A stretch of DNA of 64,000 nucleotides, taken from an uncultured Acidobacteriota bacterium. GTDB taxonomy: Bacteria; Acidobacteriota; Blastocatellia; RBC074. The notes beneath the pieces are model-generated. The model did no database searches. It worked only from the letters and a program-made list of their open reading frames with translations, and had not been told where the DNA came from. Positions 32,698-43,134 of this stretch are shown here, piece after piece. Positions within the stretch are counted from its first letter, which is position 1, and each line of letters opens with the position of its first letter. A program made the position numbers and the translations under genes. The DNA is taken from NCBI GenBank assembly GCA_963796275.1, contig CAWCKY010000006.1, positions 2,560,001-2,624,000 of the forward strand, in the 5' to 3' direction.

Positions 32698-33503
32698 TGC
32701 TGGAAACAAGAATGGAGACGATTGCTGGGCGGCGTGTGCGTGTGGCGCGCTTGGGGAGTGGGCCGCCGCTGGTTTTGCTTCACGGCTATCCGGACAATTT
32801 GCAAATCTTCAGCGCTCTCGCGCCGCGCCTCGCGGAGCGCCATTCCGTTATCGCCTTTGATTGGCCGGGGATGGGACGAAGCGAGCCGTGGCCCGGCGGC
32901 GCCACGCCGTTTCATCTGGCTGACCGATTGCTCGCCTTACTCGACGTTTGGCGGATTGAACGCGCGAACCTCGTCGGTTTAGATATGGGTGGCCAGCCGG
33001 CGCTTGCATTCGCCGCCCGGCATCCGAGCCGGATGCTTCGGCTGGTGGTGATGAATTCGCTCGTGCTGTGGGACGAGCAGACTTCTTGGGAGATTCGCCT
33101 CTTGCGCCGCTTCGGCTGGAACCGCGTGATCTTGCGCCGGCTCCCGCGCATTGTTTTCGGGCGAGCGGAGAAAACTTTCCTGCCGAAAGGCGTCCATTTG
33201 ATCGCCACTCTAAGGGAGGATTTCTGGGAGAGTTTCCGGCAGGATGAAGTGCGGGCTTTTATTGTTCGGATGTGCGCCGGATACCAAGCCACGCTCCCAC
33301 GCCTGCCCGAACTCTACGGCTGCATCACATGCCCGACGCTGGCGCTGTGGGCCGAGCACGATCAGCACTTCCCTCCGGCGCACGCCGAGCGCTTACACGC
33401 CCTGATCCCGGGGTCACGCCTCCAAATCATCGCGCGGGCCGAGCATTGGATGCCTTGGTATTTAGCGGATGAGGTGGCGGAACAAATCCTTGAATTTATC
33501 TGA
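32697..33503 (+). CDS. Alpha/beta fold hydrolase (epoxide hydrolase/dehalogenase-like, Asp nucleophile)
   Basis: LLHGYPD, DWPGMGRS, VGLDMGG, WAEHD, AEHW; TGATG overlap with the upstream gene. Confidence 0.88.
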   Translation: MLETRMETIAGRRVRVARLGSGPPLVLLHGYPDNLQIFSALAPRLAERHSVIAFDWPGMGRSEPWPGGATPFHLADRLLALLDVWRIERANLVGLDMGGQPALAFAARHPSRMLRLVVMNSLVLWDEQTSWEIRLLRRFGWNRVILRRLPRIVFGRAEKTFLPKGVHLIATLREDFWESFRQDEVRAFIVRMCAGYQATLPRLPELYGCITCPTLALWAEHDQHFPPAHAERLHALIPGSRLQIIARAEHWMPWYLADEVAEQILEFI

Positions 33504-33591
33504 AGTTCGCGAAAGGATACTCCATCCATAGCGAGCATCTTTGGCAAGCTTGGGTAGAGATGAATTTTGCATCGAGGCGCTTTGCCCGCGG

Positions 33592-34095
33592 TTAATCCTC
33601 TGGCGCAGCCTGTTCCTCAATATACCGACGCCATATCTCTATTGGGGCACCACCCGCGGAGATAACGCAATATGATCGATGCCAAAAGATAGGTTTTCGC
33701 CAATAGACACGTGTCACTTCAGCTTTGAAATCACGTCGAATCAGACGGGAAGAAACCGTCTTTAAGTTGTTTATGAGTTTGCTCACCAGAACAACAGGGG
33801 TGGCTTCAAAAAGCAGATGGACATGATCATCTCCGCCATTAAATTCGATGAGTCGGCAGTCTCACATCTGAAGCGTCTCGCTGAATATCTCAGAGCCGCT
33901 CGAGCATTCCTACCAGCTCAAGGGCGTTTCAATTAACTATAACGCTCAGGCTCTCCAACTTCCGCAGATCAAAGAAATTCGTGCAGAAGTGGGAGATGTT
34001 TATAGCCAGGTTCTGCAAGATGTGCTCCGACGAGTGGAGACAACCTTTGCTGCCTTCTTTCGCCGGATAATGAAAGGCGAAACAGCTGGATATTT
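33592..34095. mobile_element. IS200/IS605 remnant: tnpA 3' part (-) joined to an internal tnpB fragment (+)
   Basis: Minus strand EFNGGDDHVHLL (HUH), LINNLKTVSSR, YIEEQ (Y1); plus strand from ~33911 SINYNAQALQLPQIKE..VYSQVLQDVLRRVETTFAAFFRR..GETAGY. Confidence 0.8.
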
Positions 34096-34179
34096 TTGGT
34101 GCCCCCCTTATTTTGTGGGTTTTTATGGTTTTAGGGGTGTGGCTCCGGGAAATATAAGCGGATGATCTTCAAGACCAGA

Positions 34180-34635
34180 TCAACGACAAATGGCTACCGG
34201 GATATCCCGATCCGTAATCTCCTGATATTGCTTATAACCGGAATACATTTCTGTCAGTAACGGCCAGAGACGCTGCTTCTCCTCTACAGTGGCTCTGACA
34301 ACTCTGACTTGCCGCCTGACGTCCTTCACCTGGATCTGAGCCTCCGGATGGGTCTCCAGATTGAGCCACCAGGCCGGCGACCTGACTGCTCCGCCATTGG
34401 AAGCCACCAGAATCACATCATCTCCATCCGCCAGATACAAGAGCGGCACCGTACGGTCCTTGCCGCTCCGGCGCCCACGGGTCGTGAGGAGCAGGACAGG
34501 GCTGTTCAAGACTCTTCCGCCGAGCGCTCCATTGGTGGCGCGGTATATGAAGACGTGCACCTCTGTGATCAGATTTTGCGCGGCTACCGACAGCCTGGAA
34601 GGGCGGCGGCCGACAGTTCCAGTATTCTCAGGCAT
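34180..34635 (-). CDS. Deazaflavin (F420)-dependent nitroreductase/quinone reductase, Ddn-like
   Basis: LLLTTRGRRSGKDRTVPL, VASNGG...PAWWLNL...P, Y..YQ..TDRDIPV. Confidence 0.88.
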   Translation of the reverse strand: MPENTGTVGRRPSRLSVAAQNLITEVHVFIYRATNGALGGRVLNSPVLLLTTRGRRSGKDRTVPLLYLADGDDVILVASNGGAVRSPAWWLNLETHPEAQIQVKDVRRQVRVVRATVEEKQRLWPLLTEMYSGYKQYQEITDRDIPVAICR

Positions 34636-34747
34636 TTTTTCTCTCCTTAAGGTAGCAGAAGCTCTAATGGTCTCTTGATGAAATACAATCTGCCGCGGTA
34701 GAGTAATTGGACGAGTGTTTCCATCCTAGTTTAATCGAGGAAAAATT

Positions 34748-35419
34748 ATGAAATTAATTACTCCGATAATCGCTGTTTATCTGTTGATCTTCACCGCTCA
34801 TGCGAAAGCGCAAGACGTCAAAAGTAAAACTGCCGAAAATGGCTTTGTCGCTTTGTTCGACGGCAAGAGCCTGACGGGGTGGAAACTGGTGCGTGGTCAC
34901 GGCCCGGGCTATGTCGTTAAGGGCGGCGTTCTGGTCTGCCCAGCCGACGGGGGAGGGAATCTCTTCACTGAAAAAGAGTATTCAAATTTCGCCTTCCGTT
35001 TCGAATTCAAGACCGAGCCCGGCGGCAACAACGGCGTGGGCATTCGCGCTCCGCTCAATGGGGACGCGGCTTATCAGGGGATGGAGATTCAGATACTCGA
35101 CGATGGGCACGAGAAGTACAAAGGCAAGATCAAGTCCGAACAGCACCACGGCTCGGTATACGACGTGATCCCAGCGCGCACGGGATTCCTCAAACCAGCC
35201 GGCGAATGGAACGAGGAAGAGATTATGGTTCAAGGTCGCCGAATCCGGGTGACGCTCAACGGCGTCATCATTCTAGATGCTGATCTCGATATCGCGCGCG
35301 AAGACGCCACGATCAAAAAACATCCCGGGCTGAAGAATAAGTCAGGTCACATCGGTTTCCTCGGCCACGGCTCGCTTGTCGAATTCCGCAACATCAGGAT
35401 CAAGGTCTTACCTGGCTAA
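34748..35419 (+). CDS. DUF1080 (3-keto-disaccharide hydrolase-like) exported protein
   Basis: [60 protein letters not shown]. Confidence 0.9.
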   Translation: MKLITPIIAVYLLIFTAHAKAQDVKSKTAENGFVALFDGKSLTGWKLVRGHGPGYVVKGGVLVCPADGGGNLFTEKEYSNFAFRFEFKTEPGGNNGVGIRAPLNGDAAYQGMEIQILDDGHEKYKGKIKSEQHHGSVYDVIPARTGFLKPAGEWNEEEIMVQGRRIRVTLNGVIILDADLDIAREDATIKKHPGLKNKSGHIGFLGHGSLVEFRNIRIKVLPG

Positions 35420-35446
35420 TTAATCACAGCCACGATCATTATTAAA

Positions 35447-35526
35447 ATAGAGCGGTTTTCAGTTTTCAGTTCGCGGCTCAGGGGGCACTGGGTTCTACCG
35501 AAAAAAACTTAAAACTGAAAACCTCT
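35447..35526. repeat. Short inverted-repeat element (AGAGCGGTTTTCAG...CTGAAAACCTCT) between convergent genes
   Basis: agagcggttttcagtttt versus aaaactgaaaacctct; a mini-MITE or a bidirectional terminator. Confidence 0.5.
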
Positions 35527-35530
35527 TTGC

Positions 35531-36076
35531 TCACTTTTTCTCGGTAAAGTTGACCGAGGCGCTGGTGTTATCCCACTCCATCTTGAGCGCACCGCCTTGT
35601 CCGGCCTTGTCGAGGGAGATGACCATGAGTTCGGTCGGAGCGCTGGACTTTCCAACTTTCATATCGACCCGCGCCAACTCTGTCTTCTCGTACTCCGGTT
35701 TGTAGGGGGTACCCCAGACGCCGGTCTGTTTGTTTATGATCAGTTTCCATCCAGTTTCTGTGGGCCAAACCCAGAGCGTATAGACTCCCTTCGGCACTGC
35801 AGTATTGCCCAAAATCAGGTCTGCCTCGGTATTGAAGTGCGTTGCCTGATTCGCACCGAAACGCCAGACCTGGTTGTAAGGCACTAACTCGCCGAAAATC
35901 TTACGGCCGCGTACTGATGGCGCACTATAGTCGACGGAAATTTTTTTTCCGTTCAAAGCCATCTCCGCAGACTTGCGAGGACTGGCCATCTGGCGCTGTG
36001 CCATGGTGGAAATGAAAAGAAGAGTTAATGTCGTAGCCAGTGCGACGACGATTGTAATTGATCGGCTAATTTTCAT
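35531..36076 (-). CDS. DUF2911 family exported protein
   Basis: ASPR, ISVDYSAPSVRGRKIFGELVPY..VWRFGAN.AT, WG..Y, W.NT. Confidence 0.88.
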   Translation of the reverse strand: MKISRSITIVVALATTLTLLFISTMAQRQMASPRKSAEMALNGKKISVDYSAPSVRGRKIFGELVPYNQVWRFGANQATHFNTEADLILGNTAVPKGVYTLWVWPTETGWKLIINKQTGVWGTPYKPEYEKTELARVDMKVGKSSAPTELMVISLDKAGQGGALKMEWDNTSASVNFTEKK

Positions 36077-36255
36077 CTTTTTATTCCTCTCTGTAAGTAC
36101 ATGGTTTATCCCTAACCCCCATTGTGTATCACAATGGGGGATCATCGACAAAGAGCGGCGGCACGCCGAAGCCAGGATGGGTGGTTACCGCCTTGTCTGA
36201 ACCGTGAGGTAGCTGCCGGGTAGATCGCGCGGCTATCCATCCGTGCGTTTCGCGG

Positions 36256-37727
36256 TTACCGGCCGGGCGGCGCTACATAACTGCTCTTGATTCCTCTCTT
36301 CACCTGCAGCTTTTGACCGATGTGGAGGTACTGGTCATTCTGCTCGGTATAGGCAGGCCATTCGATTAAACCCTTCACGCTCGGATTGCCGGTCTCGCAA
36401 ATGTTGCCCACATACGCATCGTGTTTTCGGCTACCTCGTTATCCAACTGATCAGGTTTCGGGTCGGGGGTATTGCAACCCCCACCCGCCGAGAGATACAA
36501 AAGAGTCGGCGACGTAAGTCCTTTCGGGATATAACCGAACACATAGGGAAGTTCGAGACCGTGAAAGGCTACGCAAGGCAAGTTGCGCCAACCGGCTGGT
36601 ACGTGCGCGAAGTTGTAGACGTAAGTCTTGGACTTCACCGTACTGCTCATCAGATTCGCGAGCATCGGAACATTCTGCTGCAATTCGCCGCGCTCGCCTT
36701 CGTTCGCGCCCACCATCAAGGGCACATCGTGTTGCTTGCCGTGCTTGATGGTGTCGTGAACCGATTGCGGTAACACATAGCCATCGACGACCAGGTTTGC
36801 TGGAAAGTTGACTTCTCTGTCCCCCGCCGCGGCGACGATGTCTTCCCACTTGGCGGCGCGCAGCGCGGCGAGCTGGGTTTCTGCATTGTCTATGCCAAGC
36901 TTGGCAGCAATCCGTTTGCCGGCGCCTTCGGCGCGTTCCAGTGTTGTGACTCGCTCCGGAGTAATGAGCGCCGAGCCGCTTTCGACGATGGCTTTGTGAA
37001 AGAGTCCTTTGGCCAGGGGCGATGTTAGCAGCGACAGCGTCTTCGTGCCGCCGCCCGATTCGCCAAAGATCAAAACGTTGTTGGGGTTGCCGCCGAACGC
37101 TTCGATGTTCTCCTTCACCCAACGCAGCGAGGCGATCAAATCGAGCGTTCCGTAATTTCCGGATGCGCCGAGACCCGATTCTGCCGATAGCTCCGGATGC
37201 GCCATATATCCGAGCGGACCCAGACGGCTGTTAACCGTGACGACGACAACGCCTTTGCGTGTCAGCGCCGTATTGTTGTATGTCAGCGAATTGCCCGTTC
37301 CGGAAGTGAGACCACCGCCGTGGAAGAACACCATGACGGGACGTTTCTCAGTTGTCGTCTTGGCCGCCGTCACCACGTTGAGATAAAGACAATCTTCGCT
37401 GATCTGTCCGGATACGCCCATCCGGCTGCCGGGTCTTTGCGCGCATTGATTGCTCCATTTGGTGGCATCCCGCACGTCGCTCCAGTGCTTAACCGGCTGT
37501 GGCGCTTTCCAACGCCATTCGCCCACCGGTGGAGTCGCGTAGGGGATGCCTTTGAAGATGTGCACTTTCTCGTTGTCATCCTTCAGGGTGGTTCCTGAGA
37601 CTTTCCCGGATTTGGTGCTAACGACCTGCCCGACATCCCCCGCGTCCGCCTGCGTGGGCCTGGCTGCCAATATGGCTAAGAGACTCAAGATCGATATAAC
37701 GCCTGCAAAGCTCACTTGCTTGTTCAT
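36256..37727 (-). CDS. Type-B carboxylesterase with a one-base deletion near 36393
   Basis: FKGIPYATPPVG, SEDCLYLNV, HGGG, FGESGG, FHGLELPYVFG; the frame shifts at WATFA and continues TGNPSVKGLIEWPAY...* to 36256. Confidence 0.88.
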
Positions 37728-38015
37728 GGTTTTTCGCTCCGTTCTGGTGATGTGATGAAAGCTTTATCGACCAACGCAAATGATGACTGCGCACAAACCC
37801 ATATCAAAAAGAGGATCAACAGGGCGCCATGCCATAAGAGTTCGACGTTACTTCACGTACCGATACCGATACATCAGCTCAAGAAGATCTTGCGGAGATA
37901 TTTATCCGAGTTGAATTCGCCGTAATTCCGTCGATGACAGACTACACAGGCATAACCCTGTGCCACAAGGGCGGATTCGTCCGAATAGGTCTGCACACGG
38001 GCTTTCAGTCTCAGC

Positions 38016-41000
38016 TCACCAGCTTACGCGCGCGTTGAATTGCAGCGTGCGTGCCGCGTTGGCGGAGTTGCGCGTGTACAGAATACCTCCACTGACTGCG
38101 TTCTGATTGACGGGATGATTGAGCACGTTGAAGAAGTCTGCCCCAACTCGGACATTCACATGCTCGCCAACCTTGAAATTCTTGAAGAGCGAAGCATCCA
38201 GACCCCACTGTATGACGCTGGGGATGGGCTGATTGCGCCACGGATGAAGATTGTCATTGTAGGCCAGCCGTTGAGCCGTCCCGTCGTTCAGAGGGAGCCA
38301 CACGGTATTGGTATCCCAGAATTGCGAAAGGACGGTGTTCGCGGGAGCATTCGCAGGCAGCTCCATGCTGCCCCATGGGATCAGTGGAGTTACCGCGGGT
38401 TTATAGTTCGCCGGGACGCCCATCACGCCGTTTGGATTGCCATTCGCATCCCTGCTGTTGATCTGGTTGGCGGGGATGTAGTCGTTCCACCACAGATAGC
38501 CTGGAATACAGAGACCGCTCCTGCAATCATCAATCGGATACTGATATCCGTACCGATGAACGGGCTCGCCGGTGAACTTCCAATTTCCCGTGGAGAGATA
38601 AGTATACGTGCTATTCAGGCTCCCGATGCCGGAAATCTGCCATCCACCGATCAGTTTATCCACCACGCCGGTTGAGTTTCCTGCGATCTTTTTTCCCCTG
38701 CCGAACGGCAGATCGGCCACCCAGTTCCACCGGATGCGGTGTTTCGGTACGCTCGTATCTCGCTGATAGTTGAGGAAACGGTTACGCTCCTGGTAATCCG
38801 CCGGCACAGCGCCAGGTAAGAATTGATTGGCCGCCAGGACACCTATAGTGTCGGTGTTACTGGAAGTCGTCATGGCCAGATTGTTTCCGGTCAGGTAGAA
38901 CAACTGGAAGGCCAGCCCTCGGTTGAAGCGGCGCTCGATTTCGAGTTCAATCCCGTTGTAGTTCGACCACCCTGTCTTTCGATATTCCTGAATGGTACCC
39001 CATACGTTCGAATCGAACGGACGCCGCACCACGTTGGCCGTACTCCCCGTGGGAAGCGGTTGCTTCGTGCTCGCGTGCCAGACATAGTCGGGTGGGTTCG
39101 TATTGTAGCTATAGTATTGCTCCAGGTTGGCGCCGCGGTTCCCGACATATCTGGCCCGCACCAAGGTGTTCGCCCCAAGTTGTTTTTCTAACGTGAAGTT
39201 CCATGTGTGGATCGTCGAAGTGGGCAAATCTTTGGCGAAGTAAGTGGTGTTTGCGCTGCCGGGATTGATACCCGGAACCTTGCCCAGATCGATTGCATTC
39301 ACTGAATTCACGCCGAGGATGATCTGCGGTACCGTGCGCAACAGGTAGTTGGGTTTTCCGTCTGGCGACTGTGTGGCGTTATTCAGGTTATTCGTATATG
39401 AGGCACTGACCGGTGTGTTGACAAACATCCGATCCACAAACGTCCACATCGGGATGGGGAAGTACGCACGGCTGTAGCCGCCGCGAATCACGAATCCCTT
39501 GCGTCCGTCGCCCACTTTGTACGCAAATCCGAAGCGCGGACCGAAATCGCGCTTCCCGGTTGTCAAGAAGTTGCGTGGTATCCCCGCTTCCTGATAGGTC
39601 TGGAACTTCAAGCCGAGCGCCTGGTAGCGAGCCACCAGAGAAGGCACGCTGTCACCCAGCGCGTACATATTCTCGAGACTGGTTCCAGTGACCACAGCGT
39701 GGTTCTCCGGGTTGAAAGTGGTCCACGAACCATGCTTTTCGCTGTAAGCCGGCCAGTACTCCCAGCGCAGACCGAAATTCAGCGTCAACCGGGGGCTCAT
39801 CTTGAAATTGTCCTGCACGTACGCGGCGTACTCGCCACCGCGAAGATAGAACCATCCGCGATTTTGATTGTTCTGGAAATTGGCGTATCCCAGAAACATG
39901 TTCGCGATATTGGACCCGGTCTGTGCGGTGCCTTGCGGATTGGTAGGTGTGGAGTTCGGATCGTACAGCGTAGTGGCCGCCGTATCGAAGTTCATCAACC
40001 CCTCTTTCCAGGTCTGGTCCGGCAATATGTTCAACTGGTCATAGCGATAGTGCCCCCCAAACTGTATTTCGTGGCGGCCGATAATCTTTGTGGCATTGTT
40101 ATCGATCGTCAGGTTGTTGAAGGCGTGGCGCTTCCAGGTGTTTTCGCGGAACTCATAGCCGGTAATTCCAATACTCGTGAATTGCGGGGCGGCCTCCGTT
40201 GTGATGTCAAACGGATTCGGCACGCCGAGCTTTTCGACGTAATTCGTATTGTTCGGGTTGTAGTTGCCGCCGGACCACGCTATGCGCCGGCCGCTGACCA
40301 GGAGTTCATTGAAGAATGTCGGCCCGAAGGTGTGTACCCACGTGGTGCCGATGCTCATCCGCTTCTCGGTATTGATTTCTCGCCCGTACACCTCATCCAG
40401 CATGATCTGGCCGAGGGGAGCGCTATTTTTTCCCCAGGAATCGGCCACCGTCGTCCGAACATAGAAGGAGTCCTTATCGCTGAAGCGGTGATCCACGCGC
40501 TGCGTCGCGTTGTATTGCTTGCTGGGGTTGTTGATCGTGCCGATCCAATTCACGTCGATCAGGGGGTTGACATTGTTGGTAGGCAGGCGGGTGATACCGA
40601 AAAGGAACTTGGCCACCGGGTTGATGCGTGCAGGATCGATCACGTTCGCGCGCCCGTTATAGTTAAATTGCTGCCGTTCGTATGTCTGCGGGTTGGTAGT
40701 CAGGGGATCGTAAATGGAGATCAGCCGGCCCTGCGAATCTCTCAGGTTGCTGAAGTCTCCGTTGCGCATCGGCTCGGTCGGCACGCGGTATTGCGCCGTC
40801 GCAGTCGATAACTGCCTGCGGCCTTCGTAACTCGTGAACCAGAACGTCTTATTCTTCCCGTTGTATAAGTGCGGGATCACGACCGGTCCGCCGAGGCTGA
40901 AGCCGAATTCGTGCCGGTTCAGATATGGCGCCTTCGTGAACGTATCCTGCCGGCGCCGCGCGACGCCGACGGCGCTGTTGCGGAACGTCTCAAATACCGA

Positions 41001-41690
41001 GCCATGTATCTGGTTGGTGCCGCTCCGAGTCGACAGCACTACGTTGGTGGGCCGGCTGTACTTGGCCGATACCGCGTTCACGTCCACGCGGAACTCCTGC
41101 AGCGATTCCAGGCTGATTTGCGGCGCGTTGCCCCATCGCCGCTCCTCTTCCTGAGATCCGTCCAAGCTGTATTCGATGGCACCGAACCGCGTACCATATG
41201 CCCGCTGGTTCTCAATGCCGGGTAGCTGCGATATTAAGTTCGTGATGGTGCGCCCGTTGATCGGCAACTGCTCAATGCGTGTCCGATCCATGGTGGCGCC
41301 GACCGTCGCGTTATCCGTGGTGACCAGCGGGGTAACGTCTCTGACCTCCACCATCTCCCTGGTTCCCGCCGGCTGCAGTGTTGGATCGATGACCACGCTC
41401 TGGCCCACCTGTACGGCTACGTTGACTTCGTATTTCTGCATGCCGGCGAATTCGACGGTGAGAACGTAGGAGCCGGGCACGACACCGGGAAACTTAAAAA
41501 AACCTACTTCGTTGGCTTTGGTCGGCACTTTAACATTTGTGGCAGTGTTTACGATCAAGACCGCCGCGCCCGGGATTACGGCTCCGGTCTGGTCGCGGAC
41601 CGTGCCGCTAACGGCGCCCGCGCTGGATTGGCCCCAGGCACAAGGCTTAATCAAAAAGACAGCAAGCAGAGTAAAGAGAATCGGTTTCAT
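38016..41690 (-). CDS. TonB-dependent receptor, Oar-like
   Basis: Signal peptide, VSGTVRDQTGAVIPGA, LPINGR, TRSGTNQIHG, LTLNFGLRWE, FGPRFGFAY, terminal RTLQFNARVSW. Confidence 0.92.
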   Translation of the reverse strand: MKPILFTLLAVFLIKPCAWGQSSAGAVSGTVRDQTGAVIPGAAVLIVNTATNVKVPTKANEVGFFKFPGVVPGSYVLTVEFAGMQKYEVNVAVQVGQSVVIDPTLQPAGTREMVEVRDVTPLVTTDNATVGATMDRTRIEQLPINGRTITNLISQLPGIENQRAYGTRFGAIEYSLDGSQEEERRWGNAPQISLESLQEFRVDVNAVSAKYSRPTNVVLSTRSGTNQIHGSVFETFRNSAVGVARRRQDTFTKAPYLNRHEFGFSLGGPVVIPHLYNGKNKTFWFTSYEGRRQLSTATAQYRVPTEPMRNGDFSNLRDSQGRLISIYDPLTTNPQTYERQQFNYNGRANVIDPARINPVAKFLFGITRLPTNNVNPLIDVNWIGTINNPSKQYNATQRVDHRFSDKDSFYVRTTVADSWGKNSAPLGQIMLDEVYGREINTEKRMSIGTTWVHTFGPTFFNELLVSGRRIAWSGGNYNPNNTNYVEKLGVPNPFDITTEAAPQFTSIGITGYEFRENTWKRHAFNNLTIDNNATKIIGRHEIQFGGHYRYDQLNILPDQTWKEGLMNFDTAATTLYDPNSTPTNPQGTAQTGSNIANMFLGYANFQNNQNRGWFYLRGGEYAAYVQDNFKMSPRLTLNFGLRWEYWPAYSEKHGSWTTFNPENHAVVTGTSLENMYALGDSVPSLVARYQALGLKFQTYQEAGIPRNFLTTGKRDFGPRFGFAYKVGDGRKGFVIRGGYSRAYFPIPMWTFVDRMFVNTPVSASYTNNLNNATQSPDGKPNYLLRTVPQIILGVNSVNAIDLGKVPGINPGSANTTYFAKDLPTSTIHTWNFTLEKQLGANTLVRARYVGNRGANLEQYYSYNTNPPDYVWHASTKQPLPTGSTANVVRRPFDSNVWGTIQEYRKTGWSNYNGIELEIERRFNRGLAFQLFYLTGNNLAMTTSSNTDTIGVLAANQFLPGAVPADYQERNRFLNYQRDTSVPKHRIRWNWVADLPFGRGKKIAGNSTGVVDKLIGGWQISGIGSLNSTYTYLSTGNWKFTGEPVHRYGYQYPIDDCRSGLCIPGYLWWNDYIPANQINSRDANGNPNGVMGVPANYKPAVTPLIPWGSMELPANAPANTVLSQFWDTNTVWLPLNDGTAQRLAYNDNLHPWRNQPIPSVIQWGLDASLFKNFKVGEHVNVRVGADFFNVLNHPVNQNAVSGGILYTRNSANAARTLQFNARVSW

Positions 41691-42439
41691 CGAAATCCTC
41701 CAAAGCGTGCATCTGAACAGACGCAATCGGCCTTAACGATCGAACGACGACGTGGAAAAAGATCAAAGAGTTGGGTTGTTATAGAGACTCAGTCCGACGG
41801 AAATATTCCTGTTTTGACCACCGCCCGGCACCAAAAGACGGATGCGACCTTTCTGATCGTTTGGCGTTGGTGCGATTATAGAGTTCCGGTTTTTATTATG
41901 AAGTCAGTTCAAGGGCTGACTACGTTAGTTTGCTTAAGCAGGAGTGGGAATACTTGATTTCCCGCTTAGCTGCCGCGGTATTAAGCTGCAGCATAATTGG
42001 ATAAAGTCGAAATATGAGTGGCGGAGTAGTAACATAATCTGAAATTCGACGCAATCGGATAGAGGGCGAGACCGAAAAAAAATCGTGGGGATCGGGTAGT
42101 AGAGCCTTTCCAAACGGGCACTACGCTGCAGTATTCAACTCTGTCTTACTCTCATTGTTTGCCAAAATACATCGCCTGTGAGCGGATGAATCTATGCTGT
42201 TTGCCAACTGAATCGTCAGTGAACAATCGGGGCTGTATCGGCGTATAGCCCGTAGCGACGTGATCATTCACACAAAACATCGATCTGTCGAATTTAACCT
42301 CTAGACTATAAACTTGTGGGCCGCGGGAAAATTGATATAGCAAATCGCTTGAGTATCCTCAACCTTCGCAGGAGCGGAGAACTCAGCATTACTTTTTGTG
42401 TGCCGGTCCACAAGAATCTCTAAAAAACAAGGAGAAGAG

Positions 42440-42886
42440 ATGAAGAAGTTCGCTTTGTATTCCGTTTTGATTGCAGTTGTGTTTATGTCAGTCTGGCATT
42501 CCGCCTCTATAGCTCAGAGCGCCGAGGATGCCGCGGCGCACGTCCCGCTTGAAAACTACCTCAAGGGCCATGCGACCGGTGACAGCGATTACATACGGAA
42601 AGCTTTTCATCCCGATGCCAAAGTCTTTTCATTCCGCGACGGCAAAATCAATCAATTGACATTGGCCGAATTCGCCGCGCTCTTCACAGGCAAACCCGCG
42701 CCCGACGAGGCGCAGCGCAAGCGCAAGATCGATAGCGTCAAGATCACGGGCAACGCCGGCTTCGGCGTCATCGTGCTCGACTATCCGACGGTCAAATTCA
42801 CGGATTACATGTCGCTGCTGAAAGTCGACGGCGAGTGGAAGATCATCAACAAGACTTTTTACGCGGAACTGAAGGGAAAAACGTAG
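42440..42886 (+). CDS. NTF2-like / putative lumazine-binding exported protein
   Basis: AGGAG RBS, signal peptide, YLKGHATGD..RKAFHPDA, FTDYMSLLKVDGEWKIINKTF. Confidence 0.85.
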   Translation: MKKFALYSVLIAVVFMSVWHSASIAQSAEDAAAHVPLENYLKGHATGDSDYIRKAFHPDAKVFSFRDGKINQLTLAEFAALFTGKPAPDEAQRKRKIDSVKITGNAGFGVIVLDYPTVKFTDYMSLLKVDGEWKIINKTFYAELKGKT

Positions 42887-43134
42887 TAACAGTCATTTCA
42901 AATTTTTACCCGACAAGCGACAGACTGGAGCTATTTCTGGCCTAATCCCAGAATGCAATCCTGCAAAATGACGAGGTACACCAGGCATCGAATCGAGCCT
43001 TGAGTTCAAGTAAGTCGTGAGGAAGATTGTGATCCAGCGGAACCGCCAACAGTGGGATTATGTGCTGATGGTGAAAATATAGGAAGAGCCGTAGCAATTC
43101 CCGCCGCCGCCGCGCCGAAAGCACACAGTAGAAA

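Noticed and set aside
33911-34095. Functional TnpB/omegaRNA nuclease system
   Set aside because: Only ~60 internal codons remain; no RuvC, zinc finger or right end.
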